A stretch of DNA of 64,000 bases from Allosphingosinicella sp. (GTDB lineage: Bacteria > Pseudomonadota > Alphaproteobacteria > Sphingomonadales > Sphingomonadaceae), in the NCBI GenBank assembly GCA_036399475.1, contig DASWNA010000032.1:3-64002 (forward strand), written 5' to 3'. The position numbers and the translations under genes are program-made. The notes under the pieces are model-generated. The model was not told the DNA's origin. It made no database searches and saw only the letters and a program-made list of their open reading frames with translations. This document shows, piece by piece, positions 47,453 to 59,806 of the stretch (its first letter is position 1; each line of letters opens with the position of its first letter).

Positions 47453-48085
47453 GTGCGGCCGCCCGAGGACCTCAGAAAAGCGCGGGTCACCGTTGGTATC
47501 GCGGTTGCGACGGCGGCGGTGTGGCTGCTTTCGCTGTCGCTGCCGTTCGAATATCTGGTGCTGCGCGGCGGCTTCATTCCGGCGCGGGTGGAGGGCGGCA
47601 CTTGGCCGGGGCTGCCGGTGTGGCTGACGCCATTGAGCGCGACGTTTCTGCACATCGGCTTCCTGCATGTGGTGTTCAACCTGCTGTTCCTGGCGATTTG
47701 CGGGCGGGCGGTGGAGCCGGTGCTTGGCGCCAAGGGCATCGCCATCCTGTACGTGGTCGGCGCCTTTGCGGCCGCGGCGGCGCAGTGGGCCGCCGGACCG
47801 GGCAGCCAGGTGCCGATGGTGGGGGCGAGCGGCGCGGTTTCGGCGGTGATCGGCGCATATGCGATGCTGTTCGGGCGCTACCGGGTGAAGGTGCGCAACA
47901 ACGCGCTTGCCGTGGCGCTCAACGCCCTGTGGCTGGCGGCGGCTTGGGTGGCGATGCAATTGCTGGTGGCGTTCGCCGTCGGATCGGGCGGGCCGCGAGA
48001 AGCGGTTGCCGCGCATATCGGCGGGTTCATCGCGGGGGTGGCGCTTGCCCGGCCCTTGCTGCTGCTCAAGTGGCGGGGGGCCTAG
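47453..48085 (+). CDS. rhomboid family intramembrane serine protease
   Basis: FLHIGFLHVVFN; VGASGAV; AHIGG. Confidence 0.92.
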   Translation: MRPPEDLRKARVTVGIAVATAAVWLLSLSLPFEYLVLRGGFIPARVEGGTWPGLPVWLTPLSATFLHIGFLHVVFNLLFLAICGRAVEPVLGAKGIAILYVVGAFAAAAAQWAAGPGSQVPMVGASGAVSAVIGAYAMLFGRYRVKVRNNALAVALNALWLAAAWVAMQLLVAFAVGSGGPREAVAAHIGGFIAGVALARPLLLLKWRGA

Positions 48086-48123
48086 GCTAGACTCCCCAGG
48101 TCCGGTTATCGAGCTTGAATCAG

Positions 48124-48205
48124 CCTCGTTCGTCCCGAGCGAAGTCGAGGGGCGTTGCACGGAGGCCTGAGGTGCGCCCCTCGACTACGCTCGGGACGAA
48201 CGAGG
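48124..48205. repeat. family A REP doublet (MITE-like orientation, 20-bp spacer)
   Basis: cctcgttcgtcccgagcgaagtcgaggggcg ... cgcccctcgactacgctcgggacgaacgagg. Confidence 0.88.
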
Positions 48206-48248
48206 ATCGGTATTCGCGCAGCCCTCCATCGGGTTCAGCGGCAGACGC

Positions 48249-48461
48249 CTACTTCAGCTCGGGCTCGAGCAGGCGGTGGAGGTGGACGACAACGTATTTC
48301 ATCTCGGCGTCATCGACCGTGCGCTGGGCGTTGCCGCGCCAGGCTTCGAGGGCCGCGGCGTAATCGGGGAACACGCCGACGACGTCGATCGTGGCGGGAT
48401 CGAAGTCGAGGCCCTGAGGGTCGGTGACCCGGCCTCCGAATACGAGATGCATCTTGCTCAT
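48249..48461 (-). CDS. DUF4170 family protein
   Basis: HLVFGG...DVVGVFPDY..A..AWRG.AQRTVD.A.MKY..VHLHRLLEP. Confidence 0.8.
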   Translation of the reverse strand: MSKMHLVFGGRVTDPQGLDFDPATIDVVGVFPDYAAALEAWRGNAQRTVDDAEMKYVVVHLHRLLEPELK

Positions 48462-48481
48462 GGACTGGAGCCGATAAAGGA

Positions 48482-48528
48482 GACGCCCCGGAAAACAAGA
48501 ACCTTCCGGGGCGTCCGACCTTTTCTTT
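48482..48528. terminator. probable bidirectional terminator
   Basis: gacgccccggaa-loop-ttccggggcgtc flanked by A/T runs. Confidence 0.6.
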
Positions 48529-49081
48529 ACTGGGTGCCGCCCGAGCCGCCGCCCTTGACGGCGCCGGTCGCCGCGCCGGCGGAGCTGCGAACCGCGCCGG
48601 CCGCCTTGTCGGTGAACTCGCCGAGCTTGCGCTGGAGGCCGTCCTTGCTGAGACCGAGCTCGTCGATCTGCGAGCGGCCGGCGTCCTTGGCGGCGTCGAT
48701 CGCCTGGCGGGCGGTGTCGGTGACCTTGCGGCCGGCCGAGCCAAGCACTTTTTCTTCCTGCCGGGTCTTGGGCAGAAGCGCGCCGGCGATGACGCCGAGG
48801 GCAAGGCCGCCGACCACCGCGGCAAGCGGATTGGCTTCGACGCCTTCCACAGTGCGCTTGCCGGCGCTGCGGGCGGTGTCGCGGACGGTTTCAACAGCCC
48901 CGCCGGCGGCTTCGCGGGCCGCCTGGTAAGCGGAGGAAGTGCGATCGCGGGCGGTTTCGTAGGCGTCCGCAGCGCTCTGGCGGACGCTGTCCAGGCGGCC
49001 GCCGCCGCTTTCCGTGCCGCCGCTGGTGCCGGCGCCGCTGTTGTTGGCGCTCTGGGTGGCGGGGGTGTCGGTGGTGCTCAT
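48527..49081 (-). CDS. DUF883-like / general-stress membrane-anchored protein
   Basis: Ala/Arg-rich helix plus NPLAAVVGGLALG TM segment. Confidence 0.65.
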   Translation of the reverse strand: MSTTDTPATQSANNSGAGTSGGTESGGGRLDSVRQSAADAYETARDRTSSAYQAAREAAGGAVETVRDTARSAGKRTVEGVEANPLAAVVGGLALGVIAGALLPKTRQEEKVLGSAGRKVTDTARQAIDAAKDAGRSQIDELGLSKDGLQRKLGEFTDKAAGAVRSSAGAATGAVKGGGSGGTQ

Positions 49082-49093
49082 GCGCTTACTCCT

Positions 49094-49459
49094 TCAGTCT
49101 TTGCGTTCGGCGATGGGCGCCGTGATGTCGAATTGGCCGTCCGAATTGTCGAGACGGGTGTTGACGAGGGTCCCGTCGGGCTTCTTTGCGAACAGCCAGG
49201 AAATGGCCGAGCGCAGGGGACGGCGGGCAAGGAAGAGGGTGAGCGCGCCGACCGCGGCCCCAGCCGCGGCGGGGCGGGATCTTACCGCTTCCACCGCGCC
49301 GTCCGTCACGCCGGAGACCTTGTCGGTGACGCCTTCCCAGGCGTTGGAGGCCACGGTGGAGGGCTTGAGGCGCTGCTGCAGTTCGCTCGCCGCCGCCATT
49401 GCGCCGCGGCGGGCAAGCTCGGCCTCGCGGCGCTTTTGCAGGATTTCCGCTCCGCTCAC
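49094..49459 (-). CDS. DUF3618-like hypothetical protein
   Basis: GTG start overlapping the upstream stop; AELAR...ELQQRLKP followed by TM. Confidence 0.6.
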   Translation of the reverse strand: MSGAEILQKRREAELARRGAMAAASELQQRLKPSTVASNAWEGVTDKVSGVTDGAVEAVRSRPAAAGAAVGALTLFLARRPLRSAISWLFAKKPDGTLVNTRLDNSDGQFDITAPIAERKD

Positions 49460-49833
49460 AGCTTTGCTCCCGCGGCCATGGCCGTGCGCTCTTCCTCGTC
49501 GCCCGAGAGCGCGGCAAGTTTGCCGGCGCCCCATTTGACGAGAATGAAAGCGATGATCGCGATTGCGACGAAAGTGATGGCACCCGCGGCGATCGGACCG
49601 ACCTTGAGCGCAAGGGCGGCGGCGAGGCTGATGATCAGCGTAATCAACGCCGCATTGAGCAGCAGAAAGGCCACAATCAGGGCGATGAAGCCGTTGCGCG
49701 CCTTGCCGATGCGATGGCGGGCGATGGCGCTGACCAGCCCCATCTCCGCCTTCACATAGGCCGTGCCGTCGGTCTTCAGCCGGGTGAAGAGGTCGCCGAT
49801 CGACGCCTCCGGAACTGCGCGGGGGGCTTCCAA
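49456..49833 (-). CDS. phage holin family 3.6 (YqjE-like) membrane protein
   Basis: SIGDLF..L..D...YVKAEM followed by two TMs. Confidence 0.7.
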   Translation of the reverse strand: MEAPRAVPEASIGDLFTRLKTDGTAYVKAEMGLVSAIARHRIGKARNGFIALIVAFLLLNAALITLIISLAAALALKVGPIAAGAITFVAIAIIAFILVKWGAGKLAALSGDEEERTAMAAGAKL

Positions 49834-49835
49834 GG

Positions 49836-51949
<2,114 letters not shown>

Positions 51950-52009
51950 CCCGGACCCGCTTGCGTCGCTGCGCGTTGGCTTGGGCAACACGGTTTTGAA
52001 GGTGCAGCC

Positions 52010-52657
52010 ATGAGCAGAGTTCTCGTTCTTTATCACAGCACCTACGGGCACATCCTGCAGATGGCGGAAGCGGTGGCCGAGGGTGCCGCCTCGACCGGCG
52101 CGCGGGTGGATATCCGAAGAGTGCCGGAGCTGGTGCCGGAGGAAGTCGCGCTGTCGTCCGGGTATCTGATGGACCAGCGCCATGCCGTGGCCACGGTGGA
52201 GGAACTGACGCTTTACGATGCGATCATCATCGGCGTCGGCACCCGCTACGGCCGCATGGCGAGCCAGATGGCAAACTTCCTCGACCAGACCGGCGGGCTG
52301 TGGGCGCGCGGTGCGCTGAACGGCAAGGTCGGGTCGGCCTTTACCTCCACGGCCAGTCAGCATGGCGGCCAGGAGACGACGTTGATGGCGATCCACACCA
52401 ACCTGCTGCACTTTGGCATGGTGACGGTGGGGCTGCCCTACAGCTTTGCGGGGCAGATGACCTTGAGCGAGATCACCGGCGGCACGCCTTATGGCGCAAG
52501 CACCATCGCGGGCGGCGACGGTTCGCGGCAGCCCACGAGCAACGAGCTGGAAGGCGCGCGCTTCCAGGGGCGGCACGTGGCGGATATCGCCAATCGCCTG
52601 TTCCCCGATCCGCGGACGATGGTGGAGGAGGAGCAGGGCTTCCTGCTCTCCGATTAA
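52010..52657 (+). CDS. wrbA: NAD(P)H:quinone oxidoreductase WrbA
   Basis: YHSTYGH; TRYG; QHGGQETT; GGTPYGA. Confidence 0.93.
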   Translation: MSRVLVLYHSTYGHILQMAEAVAEGAASTGARVDIRRVPELVPEEVALSSGYLMDQRHAVATVEELTLYDAIIIGVGTRYGRMASQMANFLDQTGGLWARGALNGKVGSAFTSTASQHGGQETTLMAIHTNLLHFGMVTVGLPYSFAGQMTLSEITGGTPYGASTIAGGDGSRQPTSNELEGARFQGRHVADIANRLFPDPRTMVEEEQGFLLSD

Positions 52658-52674
52658 GCCTGGAGGAGCGTAAG

Positions 52675-52827
52675 ATGAGCGAAGACAAGGGCGCCAAGCC
52701 GGACGAGGATCCGAACTGCAAGCCGGTGTTGAACGACCGCGAGACCGACGAAGCGGCGAAGCGTTCGGTCCGGGACGACACGGGCGGCGCGATCGACGCC
52801 GATGCGGCGCATGAGCGGTCGAGCTGA
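52675..52827 (+). CDS. small acidic hypothetical protein
   Basis: GGAGG RBS then MSEDKGAKP... (50 aa). Confidence 0.45.
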   Translation: MSEDKGAKPDEDPNCKPVLNDRETDEAAKRSVRDDTGGAIDADAAHERSS

Positions 52828-52830
52828 GCG

Positions 52831-53163
52831 GTGAACTTCGTCGTCATCGGCAAGGACAAAGCGGGCGGCGAGGCGCGGCTCAGGCATCGCCCGGCGCATC
52901 TCGAGTTCATAGCGAACCACCAGGCGCCGGTGATCTATGCCGGGCCGCTGCTCGACGGCAGCAGGATGGTGGGAAGCATCTTCGTGTTCGACGTGCCCGG
53001 CCGGGCGACGCTCGATACGCATCTCGCCGGGGATCCCTATTTCGCCGAGGCGATCTTCGAAAGCGTCGAGATCTACGAGAGCCGCTGGATGGTGCCGGAG
53101 CGGGCGCCCGGGACGCTTGCCGCCGAAGCGGTTCGGGCGCGTGAGGCCGCGTCCGGTGCCTAG
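52831..53163 (+). CDS. YciI family protein
   Basis: R..HRPAHL...AGPLL...GS...DPY. Confidence 0.85.
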   Translation: MNFVVIGKDKAGGEARLRHRPAHLEFIANHQAPVIYAGPLLDGSRMVGSIFVFDVPGRATLDTHLAGDPYFAEAIFESVEIYESRWMVPERAPGTLAAEAVRAREAASGA

Positions 53164-55259
53164 AACTTGCCCCGGACGGCGAAGGAGAAAATGGGGCCGA
53201 TCAGCCGGTCGCGCTTTTCGTAGAAGTCCACCGGACCGGTGCGGCGGCCGACATAGACCGTGCGGTCCCAGACACTGCGGGCGGCGGTGAGATTGGTCAC
53301 GGTGGCGCGGACGGTGAGGCCGAACACGTCCTTGTTTTCAACGAACAGGCTGGTCCAGAGCGGCCCCTCCCAGGCGCGGCCGACTTCGGTCAGGCGGTAA
53401 TTCTTGTTGTACCATTCGTAGCTCGCCGTGCCGCCCCACGCCCAGTCGCTGCCGGGCACGTCGTGGCGTAGCGACAGCACTGCGAGGCGCTCCAGCGTGT
53501 TGGAAATCGGCCGGTTCTCGCCGGTCAGCGGATCGCGAAGGGAACTGCCCTGCACCTGGAAACGGGCGTCGAGCTTGGCGCCCTTCCAGCCCATCGGATC
53601 GAACTGGAAGGTCGTCTTCCACTCCGCGCCCCAGATCTTGGCACGGTCGATATTGCCGGGTGATTCGCCGTTGAGGCCGATCGGCACGGTGTCGATGATG
53701 TCGTCGATCAGCTGGCCGTAGACCCGCAAGGTGGTCGAGCCGTAGGCGCCCAGGTTGCGAATGGTTTCAACCTCCGCGCTCCAGGTTTGGGACGGGACGA
53801 GATCGGGGTTGCCGGCATTTTCGCTGTCGTTGCCGAGGTTCACCGTGGCGAGGAAGTCGTAGAAGCTGAGCTGCCCGACGCGGCGCTGGAGGCGCAAATT
53901 GACGTCGGTTTTCCTGTTGGGCTTCCACGCGGCCGAGAACTGGCCTTTGGGCCGCCAGAAGCTGCGGCTGAGCCCGCCCTCGCCGACCTGGCGCAGGTTC
54001 GAATATTCGCCGCCGGCGGCAAGCTGAAAGCTGAGCCTGGGCGACAGGGTGCGGCCGTAGCTGCCCATCACTTCGTAGCGGTCTTCCTCGACCCGGCCGG
54101 AGCCGCCGGCGAGTTCGATTTCCTGATACTCGCCGCCGGGCGAGAGCAGGAACAGTTCGGACACGTTGTCGAGGCTGTTGAAGGCCGCTTCGCCCGAAAT
54201 CTGCCAATCGGCGCCGCCGCCTTTCCATTTGTATTCGGTGCGGGCGATCCGCTCGCTTTCGTCGCCGGTGCGCAGGAAACGGGAGCCCGTGTCGGGGGAG
54301 GCGTCGGCGAAGCTGGTGCGCACATCCTGGCCAAAGGGGACGTGGTCGAAGCGGTTCAGGCCGATGAATTTCAGCCGGCCGGGGCCGATCTTGAACTCGT
54401 AATCGCCGCCGACCTCGTAGCCGTAGCTGTCCTCGTCGTTGCGGACGAGGCGGATACGGTCCGGGAAATTGGGATTGCCGGTGCGCTCGCCCCGCTCGCG
54501 ATAATCGTAAAAGAACCGCTGATAGGAGGCGTTGAAGTTGCCGACGGAGGAGCCGGGACCGTCATAGGTGACGCGGCCGCTGAGCTTGGGGTTTTCGACC
54601 TCGCCGGTGAACACATCGTAGCGGAACTCGCGCAGCGAGAGATCGCTGTTGTAGATAAGGGTGCGGCCGTTGGCGCCGCTGTGGTTGGCCTGGTTCTGAA
54701 GGCCGAGCGTATATTCGAACGGCCCATTTTTGCCGCTCACCGAGACGCTGCCGCGGGTGAGGACCGGATCAGTGTTGCGCTGGCGGAAGCTCGGCTCCCA
54801 GGCAAACTGTCCGCTGATCGCGCCGCCGGATTTCGCGACGATGTTGGCGACCTGCCCCGACAGGCCGGGGATGTCGAGGGTGGCGCCGTCGAGGATTTCG
54901 ATGCGGGTGACGTTGCCGGCGGGAATGCGGCCGAGTTCGGTGAGCACGTCGTTCGACTTGCCCGACATGCGCTGGCCGTTGATCAGGACGTTGCCGGTGG
55001 CCTGGCCGAGGCCGCGTTCCTGATCGGCCTCGCGGATCACGAAGCCGGGCACCTGGCGCAGCATGTCGAGCGCGTTCTTGGGGGCGAAACGGGCGAAATC
55101 CGCCGGCGTGTAGGTGCGGGCGCCGTTCACGGCGGCGGGAGAGGGTGCGGCGGGCGCCGGGGCGTCGCCGGTCTCCGCCTCCTGCGCGAAGGCGGGAAGC
55201 GCGGCGCCGGCGAGCAGCGAGGGCAGAAGCAGGCGCGCGGCGGCGGAAAATGCAGTCAT
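53160..55259 (-). CDS. TonB-dependent receptor-like outer membrane protein
   Basis: Signal peptide, plug ALDMLRQVPGF...NVLINGQR, GNPDLVP, C-terminal F. Confidence 0.85.
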   Translation of the reverse strand: MTAFSAAARLLLPSLLAGAALPAFAQEAETGDAPAPAAPSPAAVNGARTYTPADFARFAPKNALDMLRQVPGFVIREADQERGLGQATGNVLINGQRMSGKSNDVLTELGRIPAGNVTRIEILDGATLDIPGLSGQVANIVAKSGGAISGQFAWEPSFRQRNTDPVLTRGSVSVSGKNGPFEYTLGLQNQANHSGANGRTLIYNSDLSLREFRYDVFTGEVENPKLSGRVTYDGPGSSVGNFNASYQRFFYDYRERGERTGNPNFPDRIRLVRNDEDSYGYEVGGDYEFKIGPGRLKFIGLNRFDHVPFGQDVRTSFADASPDTGSRFLRTGDESERIARTEYKWKGGGADWQISGEAAFNSLDNVSELFLLSPGGEYQEIELAGGSGRVEEDRYEVMGSYGRTLSPRLSFQLAAGGEYSNLRQVGEGGLSRSFWRPKGQFSAAWKPNRKTDVNLRLQRRVGQLSFYDFLATVNLGNDSENAGNPDLVPSQTWSAEVETIRNLGAYGSTTLRVYGQLIDDIIDTVPIGLNGESPGNIDRAKIWGAEWKTTFQFDPMGWKGAKLDARFQVQGSSLRDPLTGENRPISNTLERLAVLSLRHDVPGSDWAWGGTASYEWYNKNYRLTEVGRAWEGPLWTSLFVENKDVFGLTVRATVTNLTAARSVWDRTVYVGRRTGPVDFYEKRDRLIGPIFSFAVRGKF

Positions 55260-55303
55260 GGTGTCCCCTCTTGCCACTCGTTGGGCAGCTTCAGGGACGG
55301 TGC

Positions 55304-55320
55304 AGCACGTTTCGTGCCAC
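55304..55320 (-). promoter_or_regulatory. sigma54 promoter for the TonB-dependent receptor
   Basis: Minus strand GTGGCACGAAACGTGCT (GG-N10-GC). Confidence 0.55.
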
Positions 55321-55427
55321 ATTTGTAGCAGGCCGTTTCCCCTCTGCCACGAGGGCCAAAGGGGTGGAAGCGCGCCCAGTTGCGCTGTCCGGGAGCGAAC
55401 GCAGTGTCCGCTCCCGGACAGGAGGGA

Positions 55428-56483
55428 TCAGCCGTCCATCGAGCTCATGTCGATGGAGAAGCGGTATTTGACGTCGCTCTTGAGCATGCGGGCATAGGCA
55501 TTCTCGATGTCCTGGATTCGGATCGTCTCCACCTCCGAGACGATTTTGTGCTCGGCGCAGAAATCGAGCATCTCCTGGGTCTCGGCAATGCCGCCGACGA
55601 TCGAGCCGGCGATGGCGCGGCGCTTGAACACCAGGAGGCCGGTGGAGGGCGTGGGGTGCGGCTCGGGCGGAGCGCCGAGCATCACCATGGTGCCGTCGCG
55701 GCGGAGCAGGCTGACATAAGCGTCGAGATCGTGGGCGACGGTGACGGTGTTGATGATCAGGTCGAGCTTGCCGGTCTGCGCCTTCATCGCGGCCGGATCG
55801 CGGGAGACCACGACTTCATCCGCGCCGAGCGCCTTGGCGTCCTCGACCTTGGAGGGCGAGGTGGTGAAGGCGACGACGTGGGCGCCCAGCGCTTTGGCGA
55901 GCTTGACGCCCATGTGGCCCAAACCGCCGATGCCGACGATGCCCACGGTCTTGCCTGGGCCCGCGCCCCAATGCTTGAGCGGCGACCAGGTGGTGATGCC
56001 GGCGCAGAGGAGCGGCGCGACGGCGGCGAGGTCGCCGGCTTCGTGGCTGATCTTGAGAACGAAATCCTCGCGCACGACGATGCGGTCGGAATAGCCGCCA
56101 TAGGTGTTGCCGCCGGTGCCTTGCTCCGGGCCGTTGTAGGTGCCGGTGAAGCCGCGCTCGCAATATTGTTCGAGGCCTTCCTGGCAGGAAGCGCAGGACT
56201 TGCAGCTGTCGACCAGGCAGCCGACGGCTGCGAGATCGCCAACCGCGAACTTGGTGACTTCGTTGCCCACCGCCGTCACTTCGCCGACGATTTCGTGGCC
56301 GGGCACGCAGGGATATTGGGTGCCGGCCCATTCGCCGCGGGCGGTGTGGAGATCGGAGTGGCAGACGCCGCACCAGCTGATGCCGATGACGACATCATTG
56401 GGGCGCGGGTCGCGGCGCTCGAAGGAGAAGGGGGCGAAGCGGTCTTCGGCGGAACGGACGGCGTAGGCGCGGGCGGGGATCAT
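55428..56483 (-). CDS. NAD(P)-dependent Zn alcohol dehydrogenase (YahK/AdhC-like)
   Basis: CGVCHSD; PGHEIVG; structural Zn CxxCxxC; GIGGLG; DVKYRF. Confidence 0.93.
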   Translation of the reverse strand: MIPARAYAVRSAEDRFAPFSFERRDPRPNDVVIGISWCGVCHSDLHTARGEWAGTQYPCVPGHEIVGEVTAVGNEVTKFAVGDLAAVGCLVDSCKSCASCQEGLEQYCERGFTGTYNGPEQGTGGNTYGGYSDRIVVREDFVLKISHEAGDLAAVAPLLCAGITTWSPLKHWGAGPGKTVGIVGIGGLGHMGVKLAKALGAHVVAFTTSPSKVEDAKALGADEVVVSRDPAAMKAQTGKLDLIINTVTVAHDLDAYVSLLRRDGTMVMLGAPPEPHPTPSTGLLVFKRRAIAGSIVGGIAETQEMLDFCAEHKIVSEVETIRIQDIENAYARMLKSDVKYRFSIDMSSMDG

Positions 56484-56596
56484 GTGGGGCTCCTCCGGTG
56501 GGTGGTTGCGGGCGCCCTAGCGAGCGGGCGGCGGGCTTGCCAGCCTTTAGGAGCGAGGTGCGGGGCGAAGCGAGACGCGGAGGGGACCGGCGGCTG

Positions 56597-56962
56597 CTAC
56601 CAGTTCTCGCCCTTGACCATCGCGACCAGTGCGCCGGACGCGTAAGGCTTGGTGAAGAACAGCGCGTTCTCCGGATATTCGCAGCGGGCCGGGCGGCAGG
56701 CGCCGGAGACGATCAGCACCCGGGTTGCCGGCCAGCGCTCGGCAATGGTGCGGGCGAGATCGAGGCCGCTGGAGCCGTCGGCAAGGTTGATGTCGGTGAC
56801 CACAACCGGCGGAACCGGCCCCGCCTCCAGAAGCATCATCGCCTCGGCGACGCTGCAGGCGCGAAGCACATCGCAGCCGTTGCCCGACAGGAGATTGGCG
56901 GTGGATTCGAGGATCAAGGGATCGTCTTCGACGAGGAGCACCGGAGCGAGGGAATCGGTCAT
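56597..56962 (-). CDS. single-domain response regulator
   Basis: LLVEDD...TDINL...SG...KPY. Confidence 0.88.
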   Translation of the reverse strand: MTDSLAPVLLVEDDPLILESTANLLSGNGCDVLRACSVAEAMMLLEAGPVPPVVVTDINLADGSSGLDLARTIAERWPATRVLIVSGACRPARCEYPENALFFTKPYASGALVAMVKGENW

Positions 56963-57066
56963 GCAGCAGCCCCCTGTGAACTAACCCATGCTAAGCGAGC
57001 GGCAGGGCGCGACGGTTCCGCAGCCGTCATCACTTTACCGCATAAAGGCCGGGGTTTGCCGGAGCC

Positions 57067-57993
<927 letters not shown>

Positions 57994-57997
57994 GCTT

Positions 57998-58459
57998 TTA
58001 TCCCATGGTCAGCGCGTCGATCGCGCCCTGGAGGATATAGGCGGCGGCCATTTTGTCCACGAGCTCGGCGCGGCGGGCGCGGGAGGCGTCGGCGTCGAGG
58101 AGGGTGCGGGTGACGGCCTGGGTGGACCAGCGCTCGTCCCACAGCAGGATTGGGAGACCGAGGGGGACGGCGTTGCGGGCGAAGGCGCGGGTGGATTGGG
58201 TGCGCGGGCTGTCGGTGCCGTCGAGACTCAAGGGCAGGCCGATGACGAGGCCCTTCACGTCCTGGGCGGCCGCGAAGGCTTTGAGCTTTTCGAGGTCGGC
58301 GGTGAACTTGCCGCGGTGGAGAAGCTGGGCCGCACTGGCGATCGACCAGCCTGCATCGCACAGCGCGATGCCGATCGTCTTGGTGCCGACATCGAGGCCC
58401 ACCAGTCGGCCGCCCATCGGGAACAGGTCTCGGAATTCGGGGGCGCTGGTGGTGATCAC
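57998..58459 (-). CDS. ruvX: Holliday junction resolvase-like / pre-16S rRNA nuclease YqgF
   Basis: [12 protein letters not shown]; IGLPL; WDERWST; [11 protein letters not shown]; GTG start 58459. Confidence 0.93.
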   Translation of the reverse strand: MITTSAPEFRDLFPMGGRLVGLDVGTKTIGIALCDAGWSIASAAQLLHRGKFTADLEKLKAFAAAQDVKGLVIGLPLSLDGTDSPRTQSTRAFARNAVPLGLPILLWDERWSTQAVTRTLLDADASRARRAELVDKMAAAYILQGAIDALTMG

Positions 58460-58485
58460 AAGGAAGGTTCTTCGGCCAACCCACT

Positions 58486-58576
58486 CGTCACCCCCGCGAG
58501 AGCGGGGGTCCCGCTTTCTTCTCCCTCGGGCCGACAAGAAGAAAGAAGCGGGATTCCCGCTTTCGCGGGAATGACT
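58486..58576. repeat. CGTC-tagged REP doublet (family C)
   Basis: cgtcacccccgcgagagcgggggtcccg ... cgggattcccgctttcgcgggaatgac. Confidence 0.82.
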
Positions 58577-58595
58577 GGGAGGAGGGGTGGCCTGC

Positions 58596-59705
58596 TCACT
58601 TGCCGAACGCCGCCAGTCTTGCCGCGGCGTCGGCGCGGATGTTGGCCCAGAACAGGGCGTAATCGTAGACATGGTAATTGTTGCCGGGGAGAACGAACGG
58701 GCCAAGATCGGGCGCGTCGCCGCCGATCAGCAGGAAGCCGCGAACGTCGCAGCGGGCGGGAACGCCGGGCGCCTTCAACTCGCCCTCGGTGAGTTCGGCG
58801 TTGGGGATGAGGGTGCCGACGTTCGCCTGGGCCGCCGCTTCGCCGCCGCGGATGCCGGTCAGGGGGTTGGTGCACAGCATCGGCGAGCCGGCCCGGGGCA
58901 GGCCGGTGCGTCCGCTCGAGGCGTCGTAGACGTCGGTGATCAGCGCCGGATCGGCGGGTTCGCCGAAGCTTTGCCAGGACAGCACGCAACCGGCCTGGCC
59001 GCTCCGCTCGCAGGCGGGCAGGCCGAGAAAGGGGAGGTCGGCGGTGGCGGAGACCGGCCAGCCCACGACATAAGCCGCGACGACCCGCTTCGCCTCGGGC
59101 TTGCCGGCGATCCGGTCGGCGAGGAGGCGCATGAGGTGAAGGCTGCCCTGGCTGTGGCCGGCAAGGATGATCGGCTTGTTTTTCGGCACGCGGGCGAGAA
59201 AGGCGTCGAAGGCGGTCAGCACGTCGCGATAGGCGAAGTCGAGAGCCTTCTGGGCGTCGGCCTGGTTGGTGAGGAACGCGCCGAACGTCGCCTGACGGTA
59301 TTTGGGCGCCCAGATTTCGGCGATGTCGTTGAAGGCGCTGGCCTGGCTGCGCACGAACAAGCGGGCGCGCCACTGCGAATCCGGGTGGTCGAGCGGCGCG
59401 TTCCAGCGTGATTTCTCAAGAAAGGAGGTCGGGTGAATGAAGAAGACGGCCGCGTCAGCCTTGCCGCTGCGGGCGACGCCGGGCGGAGTCCAGAGGCCGG
59501 GATTGTCGGCGATGTCGGGCCGGGCGATCCACATATCGGCGCGCTCGTAAGCGCCGGTCGCCTGGGCCGGGCCGCCTTCGAACTTGCCGGCCGGCACCAT
59601 GGTCCAGCGCATCAGCTCGTTGCCGTAGAGGCGGTAGACAACCGCGCCGGCTAGAACGAGCACGATCAGCCCCGCCACAACCCACAGGAACCGCCGCGCC
59701 AGCAT
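58596..59705 (-). CDS. DUF3089 alpha/beta-hydrolase
   Basis: FFIHPTS; APKYRQAT; AGHSQGS; YHVYDY. Confidence 0.88.
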   Translation of the reverse strand: MLARRFLWVVAGLIVLVLAGAVVYRLYGNELMRWTMVPAGKFEGGPAQATGAYERADMWIARPDIADNPGLWTPPGVARSGKADAAVFFIHPTSFLEKSRWNAPLDHPDSQWRARLFVRSQASAFNDIAEIWAPKYRQATFGAFLTNQADAQKALDFAYRDVLTAFDAFLARVPKNKPIILAGHSQGSLHLMRLLADRIAGKPEAKRVVAAYVVGWPVSATADLPFLGLPACERSGQAGCVLSWQSFGEPADPALITDVYDASSGRTGLPRAGSPMLCTNPLTGIRGGEAAAQANVGTLIPNAELTEGELKAPGVPARCDVRGFLLIGGDAPDLGPFVLPGNNYHVYDYALFWANIRADAAARLAAFGK

Positions 59706-59806
59706 TCAAATCCTCCAAGCCTGCATCACCGCTGCACAAGCGCATGGCATGGCGCGATGCAAGCGTTGTAGCATCCGAGCAGGGTAGGAATATGGGGGAA
59801 GAGGGC

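Noticed and set aside
49456-49833. Holin as evidence of a phage
   Set aside because: YqjE-like family member in a chromosomal stress operon, with no endolysin nearby.
57998-58705. N-terminally extended RuvX (235 aa)
   Set aside because: The extension is read-through of a family C REP doublet and overlaps the upstream gene; GTG 58459 fits the family length.
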